Shown: positions 28,972 through 39,249, counted from the first letter of the stretch. The stretch: DNA of 64,000 nucleotides from an uncultured Acidimicrobiaceae bacterium (GCA_947258985.1 CAMYKI010000012.1:43392-107391), one strand, 5' to 3'. The notes: generated by a model from the letters alone, not told the origin. Made by a program: numbers and translations.

Positions 28972-29973
28972 ATGAACCGCACTACCGCGATCCGTCGGAC
29001 GAGAACTGCCGCCTTTGTGTTCCTCTCGGCGTTGCTGATGGTGACTGCCTCGGAACGCGTTTACTGGTACCTGGGCGGAGCGAATCTCGAGTCGATCTTC
29101 GCTATCGCCGGGTTCTACGTACTGCCGACGCTCGCTGCCCTCTGGGCAATCGGAAGCGGGCCATCGAACCGGCTCCACCAGATGATCCTTGCCGGAGCCA
29201 TATTCGGCTTCGTAGTGGAAGGCGTGCTCACACCGGTGATCTACGAGGACGGTCCGCTACCCGTCATGGCCGCCCTCTTCGTCGGCTGGCATGGCTTGTT
29301 CAGTGTCGTCGGGTTCTGGTATCTGACCAGGCGGTGGCTGCTTGCCGGGCGGCGTCGCCTCCTCGCGGCGAGCGCAACTGCGATGGGCGCCTATTGGGGC
29401 GTCTGGTCGCTGGGATATCGCCTGCCGAGCGCCTTCGAGGATTTTGAGGAGCCGTTTGAGGTCATGGGACCGGGCGACTTCGCTGTGTATGCGCTCACCG
29501 TTGGTGGCGTCTTCGCTCTCGGCCACTATCTGATCGGTTTTGTGTGGCCGGAGAGATTTGCTCCCGGCAAGTGGGGGAGACGGAGCATTGCGCTGTTGCT
29601 TCTGGGGTACGGCGCACTTGCGGTTCTTCCTGTGGTCCCCTGGGCGCCGGTCAAGTTTGCGATTCTGGTTGGGGGATCCGTCTGGTTGTTACGGCGCAGC
29701 CGGGGAGCTACCCCGGGTGAGCCGACTGCGATCGAGGCGTTGCAGGGCCACGCAAGCCCCCGTGACTTTGCTCTACTCATGCTCATGCCGGTAGCTGCCG
29801 CGGTGTCCTATGCGGTCGGGTGGTCGTTTGACCCCGGTGACACGCTCGTCGAAGGGATCTTCACGACGTTCTCGATCGGGCAGGTGATTGCCGGGCTGGT
29901 CGCGTTTGTCTGGGCGGCTCGTCGGTCGTTGCGGCGTACCAACCAGGAGCCGGCATTCTCAAACGTCGAGTAG
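28972..29973 (+). CDS. Hypothetical multi-pass membrane protein
   Basis: About 9 hydrophobic segments; FGFVVEGV and WHGLFSV. Confidence 0.75.
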   Translation: MNRTTAIRRTRTAAFVFLSALLMVTASERVYWYLGGANLESIFAIAGFYVLPTLAALWAIGSGPSNRLHQMILAGAIFGFVVEGVLTPVIYEDGPLPVMAALFVGWHGLFSVVGFWYLTRRWLLAGRRRLLAASATAMGAYWGVWSLGYRLPSAFEDFEEPFEVMGPGDFAVYALTVGGVFALGHYLIGFVWPERFAPGKWGRRSIALLLLGYGALAVLPVVPWAPVKFAILVGGSVWLLRRSRGATPGEPTAIEALQGHASPRDFALLMLMPVAAAVSYAVGWSFDPGDTLVEGIFTTFSIGQVIAGLVAFVWAARRSLRRTNQEPAFSNVE

Positions 29974-30816
29974 CCAGCGCGCCGTCTCGATGTGCCGGGG
30001 CAGCATGTTGCCGCGCTCGAAGCCCCAAGCGACGGCCTGGCCAAACGCCCAGAGACGAGCACGATCTCGATCTAGCCCCAACTCGCCGGTCAATCGATCG
30101 AGGCGGCGGACCACCGCATCCCGGCTGTGGCCAAACTCGTACGAGCGGATGATCGGGCTCAGCCCGAACTCGCGCTCCCCGATGAGGGGCTTGGGGTCGA
30201 TCGCCAACCAGGGCTCCCGCCGGGCCCGCAGTACGTTGTCGCCGTGCAGATCCTGGTGCAGCAGCACCTGTTCTCCCTGAGAGCCGGCCAACCCGACCAG
30301 CGTGTCGATCGCCTCGCTGAGCAGCAAGTGCTCGAACGGCTCACCTGCCCGTTCCCATTCCTCCGGAAGGTTGTGCACCCAACGGGCGACCTCGTCCTCG
30401 AGCGACCCGAAGGGTGCAGACGCCGCAACCCACAGCCTTGGCAAGAGGTCGATCATTGCGCCTAGGCCCACCTGAGCGGCGGTCGTTGATAGGTGCGTTC
30501 CGGGGTCGCACCGTTCCACGAGAAGGGCGTTGGCTTCGGCGTCGTGGTCGATCAGCCGGATTGCCCCGTTGCCTCCCCACCGCGCAAGAGCCGCTGCTTC
30601 GTGCTCACTCTCCCGATGTGGGTACTGGATCTTCAACACGATTTGCTCCCTGGCTCGGTTGACCGGAACGACCAGCGACACGTACGAGGCGTCGTACGGG
30701 GCGCCGAGATCCAGGTTCCATCGATCGGCACAGGCGGCCAGGGTGGCCGGGAGAGAGCCGAGCCAGGTCCTGCCTGCTTCGGAGTCCCGCAACCAGTCGA
30801 GGCCGGCCGGGATCAC
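29959..30816 (-). CDS. Aminoglycoside/hydroxyurea phosphotransferase family kinase (APH(6)-like)
   Basis: VLKI, HEAAALARWGGNGAIRL, LLHQDLHGDNVL, WLAIDPKPLIGE; start uncertain (30816-30894). Confidence 0.85.
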   Translation of the reverse strand: MIPAGLDWLRDSEAGRTWLGSLPATLAACADRWNLDLGAPYDASYVSLVVPVNRAREQIVLKIQYPHRESEHEAAALARWGGNGAIRLIDHDAEANALLVERCDPGTHLSTTAAQVGLGAMIDLLPRLWVAASAPFGSLEDEVARWVHNLPEEWERAGEPFEHLLLSEAIDTLVGLAGSQGEQVLLHQDLHGDNVLRARREPWLAIDPKPLIGEREFGLSPIIRSYEFGHSRDAVVRRLDRLTGELGLDRDRARLWAFGQAVAWGFERGNMLPRHIETARWLLDV

Positions 30817-30842
30817 GGTCGGAGGGAATGCACGTCGACCAC

Positions 30843-32255
30843 TCAGCTCTTGTTCACCGAAGCTGCGAGCGCGTTGATCCCATCCACGAAGCACTCGATG
30901 GGTGCTTCAACCAGACCGGCGCCGACCATTCCGGTTCCCGGGACCTTGCCGGCGACACCCGTGTTGATCTGCGGCAAGACGCCGGTGCGGACAACACGCC
31001 CCGCATCGATTCCGGTTGGCGTGCCCCGGAACTCCAACATCGGGATCTGGTACGACGGATGCTCGGCCAGGGTGATCTCGTACATCGCCAACGTGCGCCG
31101 CACTGCTCCGGCGGCTGTTCCGCCGACGAACCCAACGATGGCCGGCGCTGCCGCCATGGCGAAGCCGCCCAACCCAACGGTTTCGGTGATCGTCGAATCA
31201 CCGATGTCGGGGCTGGCGTCCTCCTCGGTGAATGCCCCGAGATACAGCCCAGCGACCGGTGGGGCTGGGGCGGTGAACCACTCGTCCCCGGTGCCGGAGA
31301 GGCGCACGCCAAAGTCGGTGCCGTTGCGAGCCATGACCGTCACCAGGCTGGATGCGGTCACACCGGCTGCGGCATCCGAGCCGAGCTTGCCTGCCGCCAT
31401 CACCAGATTGAGCATGAAGTGATCGTTGCCGTCGACGAACTTGAATACCTCGAGGCGTTGATCGACGGGGGCGTCGGCACCCTCGACCAGGGCAGCGCCG
31501 ATCTCTCGAAGGAACAACGAGGTCACCGCTCGATTGCGATTGTGCCCGTCGTCACCCATCTGCAGCGCCTGTGCAATCAGCGACTGCAGGTCGACCGGCC
31601 CCCGGCTGCGCAGAGCCGCTCCAAGCACCGGTCCCAGCACACGGTCCATCCACTGCAAGCGCTCGATGACCTCGGGAGCAAATGCCCCGTAGCGGAGCAC
31701 CTTCCCTAGGCCCTCATTGAGTGTCGAATACGAAACTCCACTCCCGGCGCCGTCTTCGATGACCGCAACGGGCATAGACGGCGACGTGACGCCGGCCATC
31801 GGTCCGACCGCACCGTGATGGTGACACGGAGACAGCTCAATTTCGCCCCGAGCCGCTCTGGCTGTGGCGTCGTCCGGATCGGAGGCCAGGCCCTCATAGA
31901 GCATCGCCCCGATGATGGCTCCCCGCATCGGTCCGCTGGCGCGCTCCCACTCGATCGGAGGCCCGGCGTGGAACAGTGTGCGCTCACTCATGCCGGCAAA
32001 GACATCCCGGGCGATACGCACGTCAACGAGATGGGGCCGAACCGCCAGCAGCCTGTCGACGGCAGCTGCGTTGGCTTCCGCCATCCGACCGTCTGTGGCC
32101 AGCCGGGCCAGCGCCGCCGCCGTGTCGGGGTGAGGCGGCTGCCAGTCGGCGCGAAACACAGTCGATCCCTGCTGTTCTATCGAGTCGGCAAGCATGTCGG
32201 TCCCCGCTGTTGCGACGACCGGATCGTTATCGAGAAGTGGGCTGAGATCAGTCAT
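30843..32255 (-). CDS. DUF1116 (YlbE/AllG-like) carbamoyltransferase subunit
   Basis: HAGPPIEW, PCHHHGAVGPMAG, NEGLGKVLRYGA, ALQMGDDGHNRN, MARNGTDFG, PDIGDSTITET, PQINTGVA. Confidence 0.9.
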   Translation of the reverse strand: MTDLSPLLDNDPVVATAGTDMLADSIEQQGSTVFRADWQPPHPDTAAALARLATDGRMAEANAAAVDRLLAVRPHLVDVRIARDVFAGMSERTLFHAGPPIEWERASGPMRGAIIGAMLYEGLASDPDDATARAARGEIELSPCHHHGAVGPMAGVTSPSMPVAVIEDGAGSGVSYSTLNEGLGKVLRYGAFAPEVIERLQWMDRVLGPVLGAALRSRGPVDLQSLIAQALQMGDDGHNRNRAVTSLFLREIGAALVEGADAPVDQRLEVFKFVDGNDHFMLNLVMAAGKLGSDAAAGVTASSLVTVMARNGTDFGVRLSGTGDEWFTAPAPPVAGLYLGAFTEEDASPDIGDSTITETVGLGGFAMAAAPAIVGFVGGTAAGAVRRTLAMYEITLAEHPSYQIPMLEFRGTPTGIDAGRVVRTGVLPQINTGVAGKVPGTGMVGAGLVEAPIECFVDGINALAASVNKS

Positions 32256-33682
32256 ACCGCCGTCCTTGTCGTAGCCAGGCGAGCCGCTTCCATCGCTGCG
32301 GCCGCGTTCGAGAGCCACACCGACGCCCCCGCAGCGTGGAGAGCGCTGGCCTGAGCGTCCCGGTTCTGGGGGTCACCGCGGGTCCCGCACAGCGAGACCA
32401 CGACGGCGGATCCTGCGCTAATCGCCTCTTCGATTACTGGTGCCAATTCGGCCGCGGGGTCGGCATTGGAGCCGAAGCCGAGGACGACGTCCATAAGAAT
32501 CACCCCGATCGACGGATCGGCGGCCGCCGCGGCAAGTCGCTCGATGCGAACGGTCTGGTCGATCATCGGGTGAGCGCGGCCCTGGGTGTACTCATCATCG
32601 CCGTAGTCGATGAAGGTGTGGCCGGAGTCTCCCTCACGCTTGCCGATGTCGCCGAGCAGGGGCATCGCCACGAAGTGGGCCTCATCTCGGAGGGTTCCTC
32701 CCGAAAAGAGCCCCCGGACTGTGCCGCCACGGTGATCGTCCTGCGATACCTCCCACGAGGCGTAGCGGACCGACGGCTTGCCCAGTTTGGCGAGGACCTC
32801 CCCGGCGCCTTCCTCGAGGGTGGTCTCGCCCATGAAGGTGATGACGACCGGTTTGATGCACTCGGCCGCTGCCGCCCGCACCCGGGCCGCGACCGGCAGA
32901 GCAGGAGGCTTGCTGATGACCGATATGACATCTACCGATGGATCGGCGTCGAGGGCTGCGAGCCCCTGCAGGGTCGAGATGGCGCCGATGTCCTCCGACA
33001 GATCGTGGCTCCCGGTTCCCAAGGCGTGCCTGACGCCCACACCGGCGTCGTCGAGCAGGCAGAGCATCTGCTGGATACCGGTGCCGGAAGCGCCGACGAT
33101 GCCGACCGGCCCCGGTGGCACGGCGTTGGCAAAACCCAGCCCGAGCCCGTTGACGACGGCGGTGCCACAGTCCGGTCCCATCACGAGCAGGTCGTGGTCG
33201 GCTCCGAATTGCTTCAGGAGCAGTTCCTGTTCGACGGGTACGTTGTCGCTGAAGATCATGACATGCCGACCGGTGTGCAGCGCCTCCATTGCCTCAACGA
33301 AGGCATGTTCGCCGGGGACCGAGAGAAGCACGATGTTGGCCTCGCCGGCGTCGGCCGCGGTACCTACGGTCTTCGGATCCGGGGCGTCGAGTCCGCCGGA
33401 CGGTGCTGCTTTGTGACTCAATGCATCCTCGAGAACCTGGTGGGCAAGCGTGATGGCCTCCTCCCCTTCGCCCCGCAGCGCCAGCAATAGGTCGTTGGTG
33501 CCGGCGCCGGCGACCGCGGCCATATCGAAGGCCATGTCTTCGAGCAGGCTCAGGTTGAGCTCTGTTGCCATCGCAACCAGGGCGTCGTCGATCCCGGGGA
33601 CGTCCTGTAGCGCCCGGCTGGCCTGCATCAGCCGCACCGAATCGTGGTAGCGGCCGGGGAATAGCTCAACCCGAGAGATCAT
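32252..33682 (-). CDS. fdrA: FdrA (AllF-like) acyl-CoA-synthetase-fold protein
   Basis: YHDSVRLM, FSDNVP, MGPDCGT, VGASGTGIQ, GLFSGGTL, DYGDDEYTQGRAHPMID. Confidence 0.92.
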   Translation of the reverse strand: MISRVELFPGRYHDSVRLMQASRALQDVPGIDDALVAMATELNLSLLEDMAFDMAAVAGAGTNDLLLALRGEGEEAITLAHQVLEDALSHKAAPSGGLDAPDPKTVGTAADAGEANIVLLSVPGEHAFVEAMEALHTGRHVMIFSDNVPVEQELLLKQFGADHDLLVMGPDCGTAVVNGLGLGFANAVPPGPVGIVGASGTGIQQMLCLLDDAGVGVRHALGTGSHDLSEDIGAISTLQGLAALDADPSVDVISVISKPPALPVAARVRAAAAECIKPVVITFMGETTLEEGAGEVLAKLGKPSVRYASWEVSQDDHRGGTVRGLFSGGTLRDEAHFVAMPLLGDIGKREGDSGHTFIDYGDDEYTQGRAHPMIDQTVRIERLAAAAADPSIGVILMDVVLGFGSNADPAAELAPVIEEAISAGSAVVVSLCGTRGDPQNRDAQASALHAAGASVWLSNAAAAMEAARLATTRTAV

Positions 33683-34563
33683 GTCTGGCTCCGATCTGAA
33701 TCTGAATTGTCTTGGATCAACGCCTCGGCTGCGCAGACGATGCCGGCAGCGAGGGCGGGACCTGAACTATGCCCGACGCTCTGGAGGCGGGCGTGTGACT
33801 GTGTGATGTCGCCCCTGCCGGTGAGCGCCCTCAGGAAGGCTCCGGCCGGTTCGGCGACCTCGCCGCGCAAGGCATGCCGGATGAGGGCGGCGGAGAAGGT
33901 AGTGGTGCGGGCATCGGCGATGAGCGTCATCGGCAGGGCACATTGGTCAAGCATCTCGATAGCGGGTCGGTGGCATAGGGATCTGCTCAACGTTCTGACT
34001 CCGGCGATGACACCCGCCATGTAGTCATCGCCCTCGGGTGTCAGTCCGGGCCCCCTCCCGATGTGCGGCTCGGCCGCGGCGATGAAAGCCGCCGGGGACC
34101 AGACGACGAGAGCATCTCGGAGTGTTGCGGCTTCTATGGTGGGCACGGCTGCCGGGAACCCTTGTATCGCCGTTCCCAATTGCTCGGGGGTGACTGTGGG
34201 CAACACCGGAACGGGATCCCACCAGCGGGCCACCCTGACTGTGAGACCTCCGAAGGCGACTCGTCCGACACCAATCTCGACGGCTTCTCCGTGATTAAGA
34301 ACGCCAAGTGGGCCGTCGGTGGAGTTGGCCGCCATCTCGACGGCGTTGGGGAGACGGGTAGCGTCCCGCGTCGAAATCACGATGACGGTGTCGCCGACGA
34401 GCAGCCAGGCAGCGTAGTCGGAAGCGCCCAGGACCGTTGCGGTCCCGGGCACGGTGAGCAGGTCGCGGACGGCGACACTGGCGACTGCGGTCACCCTCAC
34501 GGGTGCCTGAGTCGAACGGACTTCAATCGCCGTGTGGCGCGTCCCAACCGCAGATGCGGCCAT
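33679..34563 (-). CDS. DUF2877 (YlbF/AllH-like) protein
   Basis: GRGPGLTPEGDD and VGHSSG motifs, RTTTFS. Confidence 0.88.
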   Translation of the reverse strand: MAASAVGTRHTAIEVRSTQAPVRVTAVASVAVRDLLTVPGTATVLGASDYAAWLLVGDTVIVISTRDATRLPNAVEMAANSTDGPLGVLNHGEAVEIGVGRVAFGGLTVRVARWWDPVPVLPTVTPEQLGTAIQGFPAAVPTIEAATLRDALVVWSPAAFIAAAEPHIGRGPGLTPEGDDYMAGVIAGVRTLSRSLCHRPAIEMLDQCALPMTLIADARTTTFSAALIRHALRGEVAEPAGAFLRALTGRGDITQSHARLQSVGHSSGPALAAGIVCAAEALIQDNSDSDRSQT

Positions 34564-34565
34564 GG

Positions 34566-35663
34566 CTACCCGACGTCGACGATGGCAGCGACCGGTCCGC
34601 CTCCACTCGGCCCCTGGTGAAGAGCCGCCACGGAAACAAAGACTGCAGCGTCGTTCACCGCGGCGCCCACGACACCACCGACGGCTCCCTTGATGTGTCT
34701 GTGGTGATGGACGTCCGAGTCGTCGAGTGCGACCTGCCGCCTGCCGCGCAACCGTGAGGTCGGATCCGCCTCACACTTCACGAAAACATTGACGAGTTTG
34801 TCGCCGAGATCCTGATAGACGGCGCGTTCTGGGAGATCAAGGCCGGCATCGCGGATTGCCCGGTAGACGCCTTCCTGGTCGAGGGCGTCGTTCATGACGT
34901 CGTGGCCGATGCGATAACGGCCACCTGCTCCGGGGGCGTTGCCGACGACGACAGTCTGAGCCTGGTCGAGTTCGACACCAGAGGAGCAGGATGCCACCGA
35001 CGAGAAGAGACTCAGATCATGACCGATCTGTTCGGCGGTCGGCATGTCGATCTCTCCAAGCGCAACCGCAATCCCGAGTGCCGAGGTGCCGTTGGAGACG
35101 TTCATCGACTCGAGCGGATCCTCCGTGAACACTGTATGCCCGCGTGACTTGGCATCGTTGATGGTGTCCATGACGAGAAGAGGAGTCTTCGTTTGCACAT
35201 AGTGGACGTCGGCCGGGTCTTCGATTCCGGCCTCGGCCATGGCACGGCGCACGCCTTCGGCCACCTTGGTGACCATCTCCGGCCTGCCGATGTCCTCGGG
35301 CAGGATTACATCGCTCATCGCATAGCCGACTGCCAGCCGGGGCTCATCCGTCGCCGGGCCCTCGTCTTCGACCTTGGCAAAGACGGTCGCGTGCGGGCAG
35401 AGGATCCCGTCCGTCCCACCGGACCAGACCATTGGAATCTCTTTCACCACGTCGTATGGCCTGGTTCCCTTGTCCATGAGAACCTTGCGGAATGCCTGGT
35501 CGGCCAGGATTCGGGTGAAGTCGTTGACTCCGCCGTTGCCCTCGGTCTTGCCGACGACCGCCACGACACCATCGGCGTCGAATGCGCCCTCTTCGATCAG
35601 GGCTGCCAGCCCGGATGCATCACTAACACTTTCGAGAACGACCTTCCGTACCTCGATGGCCAT
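34566..35663 (-). CDS. Ring-opening amidohydrolase of the AtzD/barbiturase (Toblerone-fold) family, barbiturase-like
   Basis: [57 protein letters not shown]. Confidence 0.9.
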   Translation of the reverse strand: MAIEVRKVVLESVSDASGLAALIEEGAFDADGVVAVVGKTEGNGGVNDFTRILADQAFRKVLMDKGTRPYDVVKEIPMVWSGGTDGILCPHATVFAKVEDEGPATDEPRLAVGYAMSDVILPEDIGRPEMVTKVAEGVRRAMAEAGIEDPADVHYVQTKTPLLVMDTINDAKSRGHTVFTEDPLESMNVSNGTSALGIAVALGEIDMPTAEQIGHDLSLFSSVASCSSGVELDQAQTVVVGNAPGAGGRYRIGHDVMNDALDQEGVYRAIRDAGLDLPERAVYQDLGDKLVNVFVKCEADPTSRLRGRRQVALDDSDVHHHRHIKGAVGGVVGAAVNDAAVFVSVAALHQGPSGGGPVAAIVDVG

Positions 35664-35826
35664 GGTTCCCACTTCCTTTCCTCGCCGAAGCCTTCGACTC
35701 GATGCACCGTTGCGCCGCGGTGCGAATAATCCATCATCGGATCAACCACCTTTCGAGACTAGGGACGAACGGCCCTCAGTGGGCGGCAGATCGGGAGACA
35801 CTGGTGGCGCTGCGTACACTGGCCGA

Positions 35827-36597
35827 ATGAGATCAATTGCGATTGTGCGTGGTGTGCCGGATTCCTTTGCCGATGCGCTGGTGATTGGGGAAACGCCGAC
35901 GATCGATGTCGATCGCGCTCGGGAACAGCACGCCGTATATACGGAATTCCTGGCAGCCAACGGCTACGAGCTAACGATGCTCGAATCGGATGAGGCCCTG
36001 CCGGACTGTCCGTTCGTCGAAGACACCGCAGTGATACTCGATACCGTGGCGGTCCTCACCAGGCCGGGGGCCGAGGCGAGGCGTGGCGAGGTGAGAGCAA
36101 TGGCCGGGGCCCTCGAAGCCCTGATGCCCACTCGCAACATCACCCGCCCGGGAACGCTCGACGGAGGCGATGTGCTCCGCCTCGGCCGAACCGTCTACGT
36201 CGGATTGTCGGCACGCACCAACAGAGACGGGATCAACCAGCTTGCCGGCATCGCTGCACAAGGTGGACTCGAGACCGTCGCCGTCCCGGTTGGCGACGTG
36301 CTTCATCTCAAATCAGCCGTCGCCAGACTCGACGAAGAGACTGTTCTGCTCGCACCGAGTTGTGTCGACCGGAACCTGTTCTCCGGATACCGCATCATCG
36401 AAAAGGTCCCCGAGGAGGCTCACCTTGCGAGCGTGCTCACCCTGGGCAATGGTTCCATGGCGGCGACGACAACGGCACCGCAGACTTTGGATCGTCTCCG
36501 CCATTCTGGATATGACCCGGTTCTTGTCGATTCGTCGGAGTTTCAGGCCGCAGACGGCGGGTTGACGTGCCTGTCGGTGTTGATTGATTCACCCTGA
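35827..36597 (+). CDS. Dimethylarginine dimethylaminohydrolase / amidinotransferase family
   Basis: PDCPFVEDTA, RPGAEARRGE, LDGGDVL, RTN, LHLKS, DGGLTCLS. Confidence 0.9.
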   Translation: MRSIAIVRGVPDSFADALVIGETPTIDVDRAREQHAVYTEFLAANGYELTMLESDEALPDCPFVEDTAVILDTVAVLTRPGAEARRGEVRAMAGALEALMPTRNITRPGTLDGGDVLRLGRTVYVGLSARTNRDGINQLAGIAAQGGLETVAVPVGDVLHLKSAVARLDEETVLLAPSCVDRNLFSGYRIIEKVPEEAHLASVLTLGNGSMAATTTAPQTLDRLRHSGYDPVLVDSSEFQAADGGLTCLSVLIDSP

Positions 36598-36659
36598 TGA
36601 CGCTCTCGGCTCCCGCGGTGTCTCTCAAGACCGGATCGTTTGGCGTCGAATAGGAAACC

Positions 36660-38015
36660 ATGCAAGACCAGGTCAACGCGCGTTCGCTGCGTCGGTCCGC
36701 CGCATCCCGCGGAGGACTCGCCGTAATGGCAGCCATAGTCCCTCTCGCGTTCATTCGTGAGGCGGGCAATACGGCGGCCGGTATTTCCACGATCGCCGCG
36801 ATCGCGCTCGTCGTGGCAGGCGCCTTTCTAGGGATAGGGAAGGGAGACCGGGTCTTCAATGGGCGACAAGTCGGGTGGTTCGTGGTCGCCGCTCTCGTCG
36901 CCTTTCTGGCGGGGTCGGTGGCAACCATCAACATCGCGCTTGCCTACTCCGGGCTTCTAGCCGCCTTCGGTGGCCTTGGGATATGGACGCTGGTTGAGTG
37001 GCAGCCTCTGGACCGTGTCCGACGCTGGATCCTCGCTGGGATAACCCTGGCGATACTTGCGGTATTGGCGTCGGCTGCCCTGGTTGCCCTAGATGCGCCC
37101 CGAGTCGACGTGATTGTCGGAACGGAAGCTGCGGCCGATGCCCTGGCGCGTGGCGACAATCCCTATTCGACTGTCACCATTCCCAACAGCGACCCATTCG
37201 CACCGCCAGGATCAACGTTCGACGGATACTTCTATCCGCCGGTGGCGCTAGTCGTCTACTCGATTTCGGATTGGCTGTTCGGCGATATCCGGTGGGCCAA
37301 TGTCATCGCGATTGCCGCCTTCCTGATCCTCCTGGTACGGCCATGGCGAGCCATCTCTGGTTCGGCCAGAACGGTTGCCGCAGGCGGAGCGCTTGCGTTT
37401 GTTTTGCTTCCGTTTCTTTCGATATTGCTGCGCTACGGATGGACCGAACCTCTTTCGATGTCACTTCTGGCTGGATCTGCTCTCAGCTGGCGCAAGCGCC
37501 CGTTGCTGGCTGCCGTATTGCTCGGTTTCGCTGTCGCTTCCAAACAGTATTTCGTCCTCCTGGCGCCTCTATTGCTGTTGTGGAATGACGAGTACCGCTG
37601 GAAGCGTGTCGCGGTTGTTGGAGGAGTTGTTGCGGTGACGATGCTTCCGTTTGCGCTCATGGATCCGCAGGCCTTCTGGGATGCAACGATTGGTGCCCAG
37701 TTCGGCCGGTCCCCTCGCCCCGATTCGACCAATATCATCGCGCTCGGGCTGACCCCGCCCTCCTGGGTGCCGGCTCTGGTTGCAACCACGGTTGCCGTAC
37801 TCCTGGGCCGTCGGGGAGGGGCGGGAGCAGAGTTCGCGGTTGCTGCGGCGGCCGTGCTTGGTCTCGCCTTCCTTCTGGGATACCAGGCATTCTCGAACTA
37901 CTGGGTCCTCATTGTGGGGTTGTGCGTAGTTGCCATTTCCGAGGCCGCGGCGACACCACCAGTCGGGTCGGAATCCGAGGAACCCGATGGTGCTCTCGAG
38001 GCCCACATTCGCTGA
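36660..38015 (+). CDS. GT-C (GT87-like) membrane glycosyltransferase
   Basis: GDNPY, YFYPP, GDIRW, ASKQY; many TM helices. Confidence 0.7.
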   Translation: MQDQVNARSLRRSAASRGGLAVMAAIVPLAFIREAGNTAAGISTIAAIALVVAGAFLGIGKGDRVFNGRQVGWFVVAALVAFLAGSVATINIALAYSGLLAAFGGLGIWTLVEWQPLDRVRRWILAGITLAILAVLASAALVALDAPRVDVIVGTEAAADALARGDNPYSTVTIPNSDPFAPPGSTFDGYFYPPVALVVYSISDWLFGDIRWANVIAIAAFLILLVRPWRAISGSARTVAAGGALAFVLLPFLSILLRYGWTEPLSMSLLAGSALSWRKRPLLAAVLLGFAVASKQYFVLLAPLLLLWNDEYRWKRVAVVGGVVAVTMLPFALMDPQAFWDATIGAQFGRSPRPDSTNIIALGLTPPSWVPALVATTVAVLLGRRGGAGAEFAVAAAAVLGLAFLLGYQAFSNYWVLIVGLCVVAISEAAATPPVGSESEEPDGALEAHIR

Positions 38016-38046
38016 AGGAGTCGACGATGCGAATAGTCTGTCGCAC

Positions 38047-39249
38047 GTGATTGCCGCAGCGTTCCTGTTCATACTCAGCCTGTTGGGCTTGATCGGCGCC
38101 GTCAATGCCCTACGAGGACCGGCGACCCACCGCCGGCCCCACCTACGGCCACCATTCCTCCCGGCGATTCTCACGGCAGAAGCGGTGCCGCTGCGGGTGG
38201 CGGTACACGCATTGGCAATGGTGTTGTTGATTTGGGCGGGTGCCCTCGACCACCCGGCAGGTAAGGCAGGTCTCTTGCTCGCCGTGGTCACCTGGATCGG
38301 CTACGCCGCAATTCAGTGGAGAGCCGCCACCACCAAGCGGGTCGTGAGGGAGTCCCTGGAGGAGGTGGACATCGGATCCGATGGATTCGCCCATGTCGAT
38401 TGGCGCCGGGTGCTCACGGTCTACCCGTATCGGCTGCCAAAGGGTACGGAGCGGGTTGAGGATATCGAGTATGCGCCGGGTCTGATGCTCGATGTCTATC
38501 GGCGCCGCGATCTCGGAGGCGACGTACGCCCTGCACTGCTCTACGTTCACGGTGGTTCGTGGCGGGGTGGGAATCGTCGCCAGCAGGGTCGGCCGCTACT
38601 GCACCGGCTGTCAACGGAAGGATGGGTGTGTGTCTCAGCGTCCTACCCGCTGGTACCTGAAGCGACTTTCCCCGATCAGTTGGTGGCTCTCAAGCGTGCG
38701 CTTCATTGGATGAGATGCGAAGGCGGGGAGTACGGCATCGACCCGGGGTCGATCGCTATCTGCGGCGGATCTGCCGGGGGTCACCTTGCCGCCCTGACGG
38801 CTCTGACCGCGGGGCGTCCCGAGTACCAACCGGGCTTCGAGGATGCGGATACATCGGTCCAAGCAGCGGTCCCCGTGTACGGCGTCTACGACTTCCTCAA
38901 CCGCAATCTCACCAGGGATGACTGGCCGATCATTCCTCGCCACGTGATGAAGGCAAATCTACGAGACGACGAGGAGCTGTTCCGCCGGGCGTCACCGCTC
39001 GATCAAGTACATGCGGCGGCGCCTCCGTTCATGGTCATCCACGGCCAGGCCGATTCCGTGGTGCCGACAGCCGAGGCGCATCAGTTCGTGGCAGCGCTGC
39101 GTGCCGTCTCCGCAAATGCGGTTGCCTACGTCGAAGTCCCCGGCGCCAATCATGCGTTCGATGTCATGGACTCGTTACGCACCCACTACGTCATAAGCGG
39201 AATCCACCGTTTCCTCGAGTCGGTCCGAGTGCCGGCCGATCGGGCCTAG
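38047..39249 (+). CDS. Membrane-anchored alpha/beta hydrolase (HSL-like carboxylesterase)
   Basis: YVHGGSW, GGSAGGHL, IHGQADSVVP, ANHAFD. Confidence 0.9.
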   Translation: MIAAAFLFILSLLGLIGAVNALRGPATHRRPHLRPPFLPAILTAEAVPLRVAVHALAMVLLIWAGALDHPAGKAGLLLAVVTWIGYAAIQWRAATTKRVVRESLEEVDIGSDGFAHVDWRRVLTVYPYRLPKGTERVEDIEYAPGLMLDVYRRRDLGGDVRPALLYVHGGSWRGGNRRQQGRPLLHRLSTEGWVCVSASYPLVPEATFPDQLVALKRALHWMRCEGGEYGIDPGSIAICGGSAGGHLAALTALTAGRPEYQPGFEDADTSVQAAVPVYGVYDFLNRNLTRDDWPIIPRHVMKANLRDDEELFRRASPLDQVHAAAPPFMVIHGQADSVVPTAEAHQFVAALRAVSANAVAYVEVPGANHAFDVMDSLRTHYVISGIHRFLESVRVPADRA

